DNA of 55,000 nucleotides, from assembly GCA_963697165.1 (NCBI GenBank), contig CAVOMX010000008.1, positions 1-55,000 on the forward strand, in the 5' to 3' direction. Under the pieces are notes generated by a model that was given only the letters and a program-made list of their open reading frames with translations, ran no database searches and had not been told where the DNA came from. Made by a program: the position numbers and the translations under genes. Positions 1 to 10,640 of this stretch are shown here, one piece after another (the stretch's first letter is position 1; the number at the start of each line of letters is the position of its first letter). Origin of the DNA: Candidatus Bathyarchaeota archaeon (GTDB lineage: Archaea; Thermoproteota; Bathyarchaeia; Bathyarchaeales; Bathyarchaeaceae).

Positions 1-894
1 GCCGCCGTATTCTGCCTCGATGAGAAGCATTGGTCGCCACTCAATCTTAGCACGGGCAACATTAGTTAACCGGACGTTTCCTTGCCGGTCAACAATAAGA
101 AACTTCTTCCCCAGACTTTAGCTCAGACAAGTATCTAGTCCTAGCAGGGGACGTGAGAGCATACAACGAAAGAGGACCAGCGTTTACACGGAAGGGACGG
201 GTTTCCACGTATGGGCTTTCATGAACCTCAGCCTGAACCAGAAACAGCCCAGAAGACTGGCAACCCAAAAGAATACCCTCTCCAGGCTTCATAAGGTCAC
301 ACGTATCGATGCAGGCTCGGGCGCCTGTTCCAATCTCCTTCAACTCAACAACCTCAACAGCAACCAACTCAAGCGCAATAGCGTCCTTCTTGGCAAACTC
401 TGCTGTCTGTTTGAGTTCTTCGAGGCTAGCTGTCTTCAGACCATCTGATCCAAGCTCCAAAGTTTCCAAGGCAACCTTCGCCTCTTTGTGCTGGAGACTT
501 CTGCAAGCAGCTTGGTTTTTCCTCTGGTCTTGGCGATGAGGTTTTCTAAGGGAATAATTTTCCAGTCTGGAGTGCCAACAATAACGTAATCGCATGAAAG
601 CTCAGCCGCGGCTATTGCAGTCTCCTCATCCTGTTTTCCTTCAATGATTATTTTCACAGCGACAATTCTGCCCTTTGCCTTCAACGCCTTCAGTTTCTCA
701 GAGTCAAACACAGAAAGAACGGTGATGTCAGCCTCCGGAGAAGTTGAGGCAGATTTAATTCCAGAATTTTTGGCTTTCTCTATGTCCTTTACATCAACGA
801 GCACGGCATCGCAGGTCTGAGCCGCAGACTTTAGCAATTTAGTTTTCGGGGTTTCAGGAAGGGAATGGTCTATTTCGAGCCAAAGTTCCTTCAT
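1..894 (-). CDS. aroB': 3-dehydroquinate synthase II (archaeal AroB'); frameshifted, runs off the window start
   Basis: ORFs 436..894 and 89..595 plus a third frame reading RAKIEWRPMLLIEAE; motifs DWKIIPLENLIA, RACIDTC, RPFRVNAG, TRYLSELKSG. Confidence 0.9.
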
Positions 895-1683
895 TTGGAT
901 TCACCAAGAATCTTCAGGGCTTCAGCGACTGACGTCTCAGAATGGACAATAGCTGAGAGAGCCATGACTATCTTGGCTGGGTCTTCGTGCTGAAACACGT
1001 TTCGTCCGTATGGAAAGACCTGCCCCTCCAGCAGTTATGGAATCCTTTACCATCTGAAGGACATCACTGCTTGTCTCCATTTTTGGTCCACCAGCAATAA
1101 TAACTGGAACATGGCAACTGCTGATAACCTCTTTGAATGATTCAACATCGCCAGTGTAGTTTGTTTTGACGATGTCTGCTCCTAACTCCTCGCCTAAACG
1201 AGCAGCGTGAGCAACCAAATCCACTGCATGTGAATCTTTTATGTTTGGTCCTCGAGGATACATCATAGCCAGAAGTGGCATGCCGTAATCGTCGCATTCA
1301 CAGGCTACCTTACCAAACGTCGAGAGCATCTGGGCTTCCTGTTTAGCACCCACATTAATGTGCACTGAAACACCATCAGCCCCCAATCGGACAGCATCAT
1401 CCACAGAGCAGATTTGCACCTTATTGTTTGGGTCAGGACAATGAACAGAAATTCCCGACAAGTGAACAATTAATCCTGCGTTTCCAGCATCAACACTTTT
1501 TGCTATGCCCCTGTTGATGACAACCGCGTCAACACCCCCAAGCAACAGCTTGTAAATGATGCTCTGCATATTCCCTAGTCCCTTAACTGGACCAAGTGTT
1601 ACGCCGTGGTCCATGGGAACAATTACTGTTCTGTTGTCGCTTCGGAAGATTCGTCTTAACCGTCTTTTTTTACCGGATTCCAA
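891..1683 (-). CDS. aroA': 2-amino-3,7-dideoxy-D-threo-hept-6-ulosonate synthase (class I aldolase, AroA'); frameshift near the 3' end
   Basis: PMDHG, GMPLLAMMYPRG, LGADIVKT, AGGPK motifs; adjacent to aroB'; C-terminus ALSAIVH...KILGESK lies in another frame ending at 891. Confidence 0.88.
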
Positions 1684-1698
1684 AAGTTTCTATCTCCT

Positions 1699-2736
1699 TT
1701 AGATGAACTTTTTCATTTTCAAGTATTCCGCGTTAAGGATGCCACAGCCAGCAGCTCCCCGTATGGTATTATGTCCCAGAGCAATAAATTTCACCCCATC
1801 TAACACTGGATCCTTTCTGATTCTACCAACTACAGTGCTCATGCCATTGCCCTCCATCCTGTCCAATCGAGTTTGCGGACGATCATTCTCCCACGTAACA
1901 ATAACTGGCTTTTCGGGGGCTGACGGAAGCTTCAGCTTTTGAGGTTCCCCAACAAAGTTTTCCATAGCCTCAGCTACAGCATCAGGCTCCGCCTTCTTTT
2001 TCGTCTCTACGAATACCGCTTCCATGTGACCATCAATCGTTGCAACTCTGTGACAACTAGATGAAACCTTAAAGTCCGCAGGTTTTCAGGCGGTACCCAA
2101 AATCTTCTGTGTTTCGGTTTCCATCTTTGCCTCTTCTCCTCCGATATATGGAATAACATTGTCCACTATGTCAAGGGAGGCAACACCTGGATATCCAGCG
2201 CCTGAGATTGCCTGCATCGTAGATACTATGAGGCTGTTTATGCCAAACTCGTCATAGATTGGCTTTAGGGGCAATGTTAGAACGGTTGTGCTGCAGTTGG
2301 GGTTTGTTACGATTGCTCCGTCCCACTTTCTTTTTCTGCGCTGTTCTTCTATTAGGCTGATGTGGCTGCAGTTTATTTCAGGGTTCAGCATGGGAACGTC
2401 AGTGTCCATTCGATGGGCAGAGGCGTTGCTAACCACAACATATCCTGCCATGGCGAATGCTTCCTCTACATTTCCCGCTACGTCAGATGGTAAAGCTGAG
2501 AAGACAATGTCAACATCCTTAACTGCTCGTGGGTCGATGTTTACAACTTCCATTTGGGCGACAGCTTCGGGAACTGGTGTTGATTGTCGCCATCTGGACG
2601 CTTCATTATATGTTCTTCCTGTGCTTCTTTCTGAGGCTGCAACCGTTGAAACTTCGAACCAGGGGTGCCCCTCTAGCAGTTGGACGAAGATTTGTCCGAC
2701 GTTACCTGTTGCTCCTAATACAGCTGCTTTCAACAT
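1699..2736 (-). CDS. asd: Aspartate-semialdehyde dehydrogenase; one frameshift near 2085
   Basis: [30 protein letters not shown] across ORFs 2086..2736 and 1699..2025. Confidence 0.95.
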
Positions 2737-2738
2737 TT

Positions 2739-4008
2739 TTAGTCACCTTCTAATGCGTCTCTAACTAAGTTTAGGACTTTATCTTTTTCCTTCCATTCTA
2801 CAAATAGAAGAATGCTTGACGTGATTGTCATTAAGCCGAAGATGTTGATGGAGTTCAGTCTCAGAGCCTCAGATATTCTTCCTGTGAGCACCTGGAGTCT
2901 TCTCTAAGCCAACACCCTTGACTGTAAGAAAAGCCAATTGCTTTCTAACAGACATAGCCAATGTCTCCGGATGGGCTAGTATTATTTCATGAATTTTTTC
3001 GAGTAGTAGATTCGAATCCGATTTCTCTGAAGTATAGAGTATCAACGAATCGTAGTTCAAGGATAAACCCAGAAGCTCAGCATGATTTTTCACTGATTCA
3101 GTCAGCTCTTTTATAACTTGAGGCTGCTCGGAGACGCCCTTGCCTACAACAGTGATTAATAGAGCAGGAGAAGGACTTGTCAATTCAACATTCAAGTCGT
3201 TTGAGAGCGCTCCAACAATCAGAGTGCCCTCCGCGTTCAGATCGCCGTGACTGTGTTTGATTACCCTAACTTTTATTGACGCATCCTTGTATCTTAATGC
3301 CTTTCTGTGAATGAATTTTGTGCCAGAGTCTGCCAATCCAACCAAAGTGTTTACGTCAATTTCTGGAATCCGCTTTGGACTAGCAATAATCTTTGGGTCA
3401 GCGGACATAATTCCCTCCGCATCAGTGACTAAGATAAGCTCATCCGCCTCTAAAGCCTTCGCTAATATGAAGGCAGTTGTATCACTTCCGCCTCTCCCCA
3501 ATGTTGTTACTCGATTGTCTTTGGTTCTGCCCACGAAACCCGCAATCACGGGAATAACGCCAGCCTCAACAAGGGGCAGCACATTCAGTTCAGCTCGTTT
3601 GTAGCATGTATCCAAGATTGGGTTGGCGTCCGAAAACGAGTCGTCTGTTAGGATAGGCCATTCTGGATCGTGTGGGTCCACGTAACGGGAATCCACTCCC
3701 TGCGCCTTTAATGCGGCAGCGATAATTCTGATACTGGTTCTTTCCCCCATGGCCAGAATCTCATCTAAGTCTTTCTTATGCAACCTGCCATTAGAGCTGT
3801 TTTTGGCTGCATTAAAAAGCGCGTCAGTTGTTTTTCCCATAGCTGAAACAATCACGACAATTTGTGTACCCTTCTTTGCTTCTTCAGCAACTGCCGTAAC
3901 TGTCCTCAATATCCGTTCGTTATCTGCGAGGCTAGAGCCCCCAAATTTAACCACGATTCTTTTAGGTTTTTTTTCAGTATTTTGTTTCATAACAATTAAA
4001 CCATCCAT
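2739..4008 (-). CDS. lysC: Aspartate kinase with ACT-type C-terminus; frameshift near 2880; start at 4008 or 3990
   Basis: [40 protein letters not shown]. Confidence 0.92.
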
Positions 4009-4009
4009 G

Positions 4010-4053
4010 AAGCCCAGAAAGCTAAAGACGTTAAATTTCAGCTAGCTGGACTT
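4010..4053 (-). promoter_or_regulatory. RNA hairpin between the leader stop codon and the lysC start
   Basis: AAGUCCAG-cu-AGCUGAA pairs with UUUAGCU-uu-CUGGGCUU: 15 bp with a 2x2 internal loop. Confidence 0.6.
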
Positions 4054-4123
4054 AATTATAAAAGAAATAGCCAAAGCTATAGAAGTGCCAAGAAGTTGTC
4101 GAAGTCATCAAGTGGCTATTCAT
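4052..4123 (-). CDS. Putative leader peptide MNSHLMTSTTSWHFYSFGYFFYN (23 aa) of the lysC-asd-aroA'-aroB' operon
   Basis: Translated by hand; ATG lies ~37 nt downstream of a TTTATATA box; 8 of the last 12 residues are W/F/Y. Confidence 0.7.
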   Translation of the reverse strand: MNSHLMTSTTSWHFYSFGYFFYN

Positions 4124-4159
4124 AGACCCAGTTTCCTTGATTGACACAAAACCCCCTTC

Positions 4160-4176
4160 TTATATAAAAAATTATC
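4160..4176 (-). promoter_or_regulatory. TATA box for the leader/lysC operon
   Basis: Minus strand reads CGATAATTTTTTATATAAG. Confidence 0.65.
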
Positions 4177-4240
4177 GTAGAGAAAAAATGGATGCAAAAG
4201 ACGACTTCAAAGTATGCATATGCCCATATGTCTTGAATGC

Positions 4241-5584
4241 TTAAACATATTTCATGAGGTATTCTTTTGCTTCGTTGACGCTTTTGAAACCGTATTTAAT
4301 TTCATTGAAGCTCTGCCTCAATTTGATGACATCCTTTCGTACTTCTGTGGGGGTCCTCTTGCCCTTCACGACATCCAATATCAAAGAACACAGGCACTCT
4401 ATGTCTTTTTCTTTGAAGCCTCTCCGGGTTACGTCTTGGAAACCTATTCTGAGACCCGACGGGTCACCATGGTTATGCTGATTGTCGTATGGCAAAAGAT
4501 TCTTGTTCAAAATAATGTGAGCATCCTCAAGACTAAACGCAAGCTTCTGTCCGCCACCGTATTCCCTAACGTCAACAGTGATCTGATGGGAATAAGTAAA
4601 CCCATTCTTTCTTCCCAAAACCTTCACTCCATTCTCGAACAGGCACTTGCCCGCGGTCTGAGCATTCTTAATTGTCTGCTTAGCCAACTCCTTACCATAC
4701 AGTTTCAGTTCCAATGCGGCTAAGCCCAAGGCAGGAAGCCGACCAAGATGAGTGTTCGAGGCGCTTAATGGGAACACCGCATGCTGCACCTTCTTGATTG
4801 CCTTCTTCATCCGCTCATCTTCACAATTTGCGAGGATAACTCCGCCTTGAGGTCCTGGAAAAGTTTTGTGTGTTGACGCAGTTATGAAATCCACGCCCTC
4901 CCCGAAGGGATCCTGAAACTCTCCACCAGCAATCAAGCCCAAGACATGAGCTGCATCATAAACAACATAGGCGCCCGTTTCTTTAGCAACATTTGCCAGT
5001 TCTTTAACTGGATGGGGAAATGGGAAGACACTACCTCCGAAAGTCACTATGCCGGGTCTAGCTGCGTCGATTATAGTTGCAGACTTTTCTGAGTCAATGT
5101 TCAATTCATCTATATTGTAAGCATGATTGATGGTTTCTAGCCCTAAGACCTTTCCGGCTAGTCCAGAATAGTCATGAGTTATATGAGCCCCGGCGCTGAG
5201 GGGTAAGACTACCATCCGATTATTTTTTGTTGCCAAAGAGATGCCTTTGAAGGTGGCAAGATTTGCGTGGGTACCTGAAACGAGTCTAACGTCGGCCCAA
5301 GTGCATCCGAACAGGTTTTTCATCAAATCTGTTGCGTAATTCTCGATTTTTGTAATGTATTTTTGGCCTTGATAGTGCCGTGCTTTAACGTGACCCTCAA
5401 GGTTATTTTCTCCTTCAGCGTATCTGGATTCCAAGTCCTGTGACAAGCTTAGTATTTCACTAACTGCCAGAGATTTGAGTCCTTCGCTTGCAATCAGATT
5501 TATGCACTCTTCTCCTCGGTAACGTTCATGGTCTTCGCTGGACTCAATTAACCCGAGAGCTAATTTCAAGAAGTCATTTTCCAT
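4241..5584 (-). CDS. glyA: Serine hydroxymethyltransferase (archaeal type)
   Basis: INLIASE, RYAEG, DAAHVLGLIAGG, STHKTFPGPQGG; GGAGG before the ATG at 5584. Confidence 0.95.
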   Translation of the reverse strand: MENDFLKLALGLIESSEDHERYRGEECINLIASEGLKSLAVSEILSLSQDLESRYAEGENNLEGHVKARHYQGQKYITKIENYATDLMKNLFGCTWADVRLVSGTHANLATFKGISLATKNNRMVVLPLSAGAHITHDYSGLAGKVLGLETINHAYNIDELNIDSEKSATIIDAARPGIVTFGGSVFPFPHPVKELANVAKETGAYVVYDAAHVLGLIAGGEFQDPFGEGVDFITASTHKTFPGPQGGVILANCEDERMKKAIKKVQHAVFPLSASNTHLGRLPALGLAALELKLYGKELAKQTIKNAQTAGKCLFENGVKVLGRKNGFTYSHQITVDVREYGGGQKLAFSLEDAHIILNKNLLPYDNQHNHGDPSGLRIGFQDVTRRGFKEKDIECLCSLILDVVKGKRTPTEVRKDVIKLRQSFNEIKYGFKSVNEAKEYLMKYV

Positions 5585-5806
5585 CGCCCGTTTTCCTCCC
5601 AAACATTTCTTAAGGGCATTTTGTTGCTTTCTGAGCATTGCGTCACTTATTTATATTTCTTCACACGCAAAACCTCAGCATCAGCCTGTAGCTTCGAAGG
5701 GCTTTTGCTGGCAATTTCCTGTTAAGAAATTGCTGTATTATAAGTCAATATATTGATTTCATAAACCTTTTCTTTATTTTCAATATCGATTAGAATGGTG
5801 GAATCC

Positions 5807-5953
5807 ATGAGTGACCGAAAACTCCACTATGGAGTGCGCTTAACCGCGGAGCAGCTTAAATATTTGAGGACTGTTGGTAAGCCTTCAGAATGGATACGTC
5901 AAGCAGTAGATGAAAAGAGAAGACGCGAAACGAAGAATCTCAGATTAAGATGA
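5807..5953 (+). CDS. Small ribbon-helix-helix-like protein (48 aa, MSDRKLHYGVRLTAEQLKYLRTVGKPSEWIRQAVDEKRRRETKNLRLR)
   Basis: Translated by hand (below the ORF track cutoff); beta-strand GVRL, helix, then SEWIRQAV, as in the CopG/Arc family. Confidence 0.6.
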   Translation: MSDRKLHYGVRLTAEQLKYLRTVGKPSEWIRQAVDEKRRRETKNLRLR

Positions 5954-6297
5954 ATTTAAGCTGGACATGAAAGCAGCACAGAAAAAACCGAGTTTGAGTC
6001 TACGAATGCCAAGTTGAAAGAAAAAATAGGCAAGACTTTTTGTCACAACATTTCTAGAGGTTCAGTCAAATTCATTTATGTTGTAACATACTTGTCTAAA
6101 TAGTTTTGAAATTTCTTTATCATCAACTACAATCAAATTCTTAGTCAATAGATGGAAAGCCAACAGAAAGTTGTCGAAAAGATTCTTTCTGAAAAAGAGT
6201 TGTTATAAAATAATGTCGGATTCATCGAAGACATCATGTTTTATTCCGACACATTTTTATAGGTGGTAAGTGAAATCCTCTCTTTGAGGGTGTTATT

Positions 6298-7744
6298 GTG
6301 TCGGGATATGACGGTAAGAAACCGGAAACAAAAGAAGAATTCATCGATTTATTGGTTGCAGCCAAGAAAGAGGAAAGGAGAGTAAGGAAATCTCGGGGGA
6401 GCAGATCCACGAAACCGACAATTAAGGGCACAGCAGACATGATGGGCATTCACCGCGATACGCTGTATCAGTGGCTGAGAGAATTTGAGGTTGACTTTAC
6501 TGATGTTGATGAAAGAAAAGTGGTTTCTGAAGCTCCGAAGTGTAAAGAATATACATATTTGATTGGCGAGGCTTTGATGGGCGAGGGAACAGAGGTTGCC
6601 CACGTGGATTTGCTGATTGGAGACAAGGAGGGTCCAGTTGGAATGGCTTTTGCCAACGGTTTATCGAACTTGTCTGCGGGTCACACTCCGCTTTTAGCGG
6701 TTATACGTCCGAATCTTCCTCCTAAACCGCACACGCTTATTGTGCCAAAGGTTACTGTAAAAAATATGGAGCAGACAGGAAAAATTTTTGGCCCTGCTCA
6801 GGCGGCTGTGGCAAAGGCGGTTGCGGATTCTGTTGAGGAGGGCATTATTCCATGGGATAAGGTTGATGATTGGGTGATAATCTGTAGCGTCTTTATTCAT
6901 CCGCAGGCTAAAGATTACCGTAGCATCTATCACTATAATTATGGAGCCACAAAACTAGGCGCTGTCGAGGGCTTTGGAGAAATATCCTTCATTAGATAAA
7001 GTCATGTATGACAAAGACCGTGCAAAGCATCCGATAATGGGATTCAATGTGCCTAGATTGTGGAGACCACCCTACCTGCAGATTGCGTTGGATGTTCCTA
7101 ACTTGGAACGTGTCAAGAAAATCATAAGTGAACTGCCGGAGAGCGACAGAATCATCTTAGAAGTTGGCACACCTCTGCTGAAGAAGTATGGAGTTAACGT
7201 CATCCGCGACCTAAGGGAGGTAGCGAAAGACATGTTCATCGTAGCTGACCTGAAGACGTTGGATGTCGGAAAAGTGGAGGTTGACTTAGCCTTTGAGGAA
7301 ACAGCCGACGCGGTTGTAGTTGCTGGTTTAGCAACCGCAGAAACTATAGACAAATTCATCAAAGAATCAAAAAGGCTGGGAATCTACTCAATAATGGATC
7401 TGATGAACGTTGACGACCCTATAGCCAAACTTCGGTCACTCAAAAGATTACCTGACGTTGCGATTTTGCATCGTGCCATAGATGCAGAGAAAACAGGCAA
7501 AACACGTTGGGAGATAATCAAGGAGATGAGGCAGACATTCCAAGGCCAAAAGTTTTTGGTAGCCGTTGCAGGCGGCATAACTCCGGAGACAGCACCTGAA
7601 GCGTTGGCAAACGGGGCAGACATCATAATTGTCGGACGATACATAACGCAATCCAAGGATGTGGAGCGGGCAACCAGGGAGTTCTTGAAGTCTACAAGAG
7701 AGATGGCAGAAGACATCGACCTCTTCAGGGTGCATGTAGAGTAA
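6298..7744 (+). CDS. fae-hps: Bifunctional formaldehyde-activating enzyme / 3-hexulose-6-phosphate synthase with an extra N-terminal HTH; frameshift near 6960
   Basis: Fae motifs [45 protein letters not shown]; Hps motifs [27 protein letters not shown]. Confidence 0.9.
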
Positions 7745-7776
7745 AGGGATAAAATCCCTTTTTTCTTCCTTTTTTA
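7743..7776 (+). terminator. Hairpin plus T-tract after fae-hps
   Basis: AAAGGGAT-aaa-ATCCCTTT followed by TTTCTTCCTTTTTT. Confidence 0.6.
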
Positions 7777-7777
7777 T

Positions 7778-8812
7778 TTAATCAGATACCAGCCTCTTTT
7801 TGATGACTATAGCAAATAATGTAACAGTCAAGAATAATGGCAGAATGATCCATGATTGAAATTTAGAGATGTACCGAATTATGGCATACTGCTCATTATC
7901 AGTTATTCCTTGATGTACAGCAGCGCGAGTACCTCCTATTGCATATATCATATTATCTACTACAGCAACGCATAAGCGGGATCGAACAGTTGGCAACGGA
8001 ACGCCGAGACTCTAAGAGTTATTTTCTGGAAAATATATCTGAGTAAGGTTTTGAGGCGAAAAAACGTCTGGTTCTCCACCAATTACGTAAATAGCTTTTG
8101 GCGATTCAGAGCCGGCGATTGAACAGGCACCCGCAGCCCAAATCCCAACTGGAATAGGAGTCCCTGTACTCCATACGTCAGTTTTCGGGTCGTAAATTTG
8201 AGTTATGTTTGTTGAGGTCCCTCCAATCACATATATTTTATTATCAAAAACTGCTGAAGCATAGGCGCTCACTCCTGTAAGTATAGGTGTCTTATTTGTC
8301 CATGTATCTGTTATTGGATCATATACTTCATTTAAAGTCAAGTTGTCATATCCGCCTATCAGGTAAATTTTATCGCCAACTACGTTTGCCTGGTGTAGAA
8401 TTCGAGCTGTTGGCATTGAGGCTTTTATTTCCCAACTATTTGTTGTTGGGTCATATACCTCAGTTTTGTTTGTATATGATTCGTTGGTTCCTCCTCCGAA
8501 AACGTATATCTTATTTTCATAAACTGCTACTGCGCAACCATATCTTGGAGTCGGCATGGATGCTTTTCTAGTCCATGTATTCGTTGCTGGATCATATTCC
8601 TCATTAGCTTCAGTAAGTTCTCCTGACATAGTAGCAACAGCACCACCAATAACGTATATTTTCCCATTAACAACAGCTACCCCTAAACTGAATCTTTCTG
8701 TGGGCATAGGCGACATGGTTGACCAAGAATCTTCAACAGCATTAACAAGAGGTAAAGAAAGAATTGAGAGAAACAGACAAAGAATCAAAAGTATAGTCGA
8801 AATTTTTCTCAT
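7778..8812 (-). CDS. Secreted Kelch-repeat beta-propeller with degenerate PEF-type C-terminal anchor; frameshifted
   Basis: Signal peptide, six IYxxGG...YDP...W repeats, C-terminal ISKFQSW + TM helix + basic tail (ORF 7778..7996). Confidence 0.85.
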
Positions 8813-8813
8813 T

Positions 8814-9809
8814 CTAATCCTTTCTAATTTTATTTCTAATAGTAACTAGGATTACAAGAGTTGCTGTTAAGAAAATTGGGAGAATTATCCATGATTGAAA
8901 CTCTGGAATAATGTTATATCGGGTTTGAGTGTCTATGGTGAAATAGATTGTTTCAGTATATGATAGGGTTCTGTGTTGATGTCCTGATCCGATTAAGTAG
9001 ATTGTTAAATTATGGGAACCTTCAGATAATTCGGGTAACGCTACATATCCTGTTGCTTTATAAACAGCATGCAACTCTATTGGATTTTCAATTTCAAAAG
9101 GTATAGGCTTTTCGTATTTTTCATCGATGTTATAATTTATGGTATATTTGATTCCCAATCCAGCAGAGAAAGTAAGTTTCACGGTTAGAAGTCTAGAATT
9201 GTATGTTCTATTGAGAGGCGAGAATAGAGTAAATGCATAGAAACGAATGTAATCATTAGAATTTGTCTCGATGATAGTAATTGACTTCTCTTGAAGTTGA
9301 GGGTCAATAAAGAAGTTGACCGTTGAGGTTGTTTCGTTGTCATAACTGTCATAAGCATAAACGGTTAACTTATGAGACCCATCAGAAATTCCACTAATGT
9401 TCATAGTTATTGTGATTTTTTGTGCCATTAATCCATCAGCTAAATGGTAAAAGATTCTTTCTGCACTTTGCATCCAATCTCCATTATACAAAACACTTCG
9501 TATATAGTGGGTGTTAGTTTCTCCATCATCATAAATTGGTTGTACACCGATGTTGACAACGAGAGTCAAATTGTTTGTCGTAAATGTCATGTTTTCTTCT
9601 GGAGAAACTATAATGATTGTAGTGGGTTCTGTTATTGCATCTGGTAATGCATGCCAAGAAGTCACTGTGGCTTCTGTTTGTTCAAAGTTGTAATAGGGAG
9701 GCAAACTTCCACTTACAAACTCAATATGTGAGACGGCAACCATTATAGAAAAGATAGCAAGTAGAAAAATGATTGGTTCTTTTCTAGACATCATATGAGT
9801 CACCTGCAT
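8814..9809 (-). CDS. Secreted protein with two Ig-like repeats and a PEF-type anchor
   Basis: Signal peptide; two SP.N.TY...LS(D/E)GSH.LT repeats; IIPEFQSW + TM + basic tail. Confidence 0.75.
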   Translation of the reverse strand: MQVTHMMSRKEPIIFLLAIFSIMVAVSHIEFVSGSLPPYYNFEQTEATVTSWHALPDAITEPTTIIIVSPEENMTFTTNNLTLVVNIGVQPIYDDGETNTHYIRSVLYNGDWMQSAERIFYHLADGLMAQKITITMNISGISDGSHKLTVYAYDSYDNETTSTVNFFIDPQLQEKSITIIETNSNDYIRFYAFTLFSPLNRTYNSRLLTVKLTFSAGLGIKYTINYNIDEKYEKPIPFEIENPIELHAVYKATGYVALPELSEGSHNLTIYLIGSGHQHRTLSYTETIYFTIDTQTRYNIIPEFQSWIILPIFLTATLVILVTIRNKIRKD

Positions 9810-9954
9810 CTATCTTTCAATATTTCATACCCAAATTGGGCATGTTATTAGTCTTGTATATTAATAGGAAAAAGTTGTTATTCACTCCACCTGCGGAACG
9901 GACTTGTTCTTTGGGCGGAACATGGATTTCTTGGTAATTTAATGAAGGTCGTAA

Positions 9955-10400
9955 TTAATGAATTCTGATTTTTCGTAGTGACCTTAATCCTTCTATAATG
10001 AATAAGACTAACGCAGTGATGGTTATTATCATTATTATGAGAAAGAAAATTTTGAATTGGTTTGTTTCGACAGAAAATTGAATCGTAAAAACGACAAGTT
10101 CCCAAAGTAAAGTGACCAAGAAAATGAAGGAATAAACAATCGAATTTGGAACAAAATGTCTACCTACCCAGAGAAAGCCACGAATAGAAACTTTTTCTTT
10201 TGCAATATAATTTCCATACGTGTTTTTATAATCAAACCCATTGTTTCAAGTTTTTGAAGATGCCGATAAGCTACACTAGGACTGCTAAAATTTAGACGTC
10301 TCATAACATCTCTGGGACCTACAGGTTCTTTTTCTTTAATTACATAAATGTAGACTTTCAGAGTTCGACCACGTAGTTCACTAACTTCTGAGTCTGCCAC
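9955..10400 (-). CDS. Winged-HTH regulator with two C-terminal TM helices; frameshifted
   Basis: GPRDVMRRLNFSSPSVAYRHLQKLE; continues after a shift into GFLWVGRHFVP and hydrophobic helices; paralog of 50094. Confidence 0.75.
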
Positions 10401-10456
10401 AGTCCGCTTTCCCCTCTCCTATTAATTAAATCAAGGCTCTATTTTGAAAAGTTTTT

Positions 10457-10561
10457 GTAAAGAAACCTTGACCAAAATGCACCCAATTGAATCTATATCT
10501 AGTCAAGAAACTTTGACTAAGATGTACATACGCATTTTTTAATAGGTCAAGAAACCTTGAC
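10457..10561. promoter_or_regulatory. Three GTCAAG-N4-CTTGAC palindromes (10457, 10502, 10546) in a divergent promoter region
   Basis: GTAAAGAAACCTTGAC, GTCAAGAAACTTTGAC, GTCAAGAAACCTTGAC; spacing 45 and 44 bp. Confidence 0.8.
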
Positions 10562-10640
10562 AAAAATGATTTTATGTCATATTTGTAATATTATGAATTA
10601 ATAAATAAATTAAGTTAAAAAAAATACATGGGGGAACATT

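Noticed and set aside
4214..4723. Long antisense ORFs (e.g. 4214..4723, 2288..2764, 36958..37392, 52772..53278, 53402..53938)
   Set aside because: They are shadows of well-supported genes on the opposite strand, with no recognisable motifs.
10457..10561. Regularly spaced repeats as a mini-CRISPR (also 40061-40130)
   Set aside because: Units are only 12-19 bp, palindromic, promoter-located and in 2-3 copies, with no cas genes; operators fit better.
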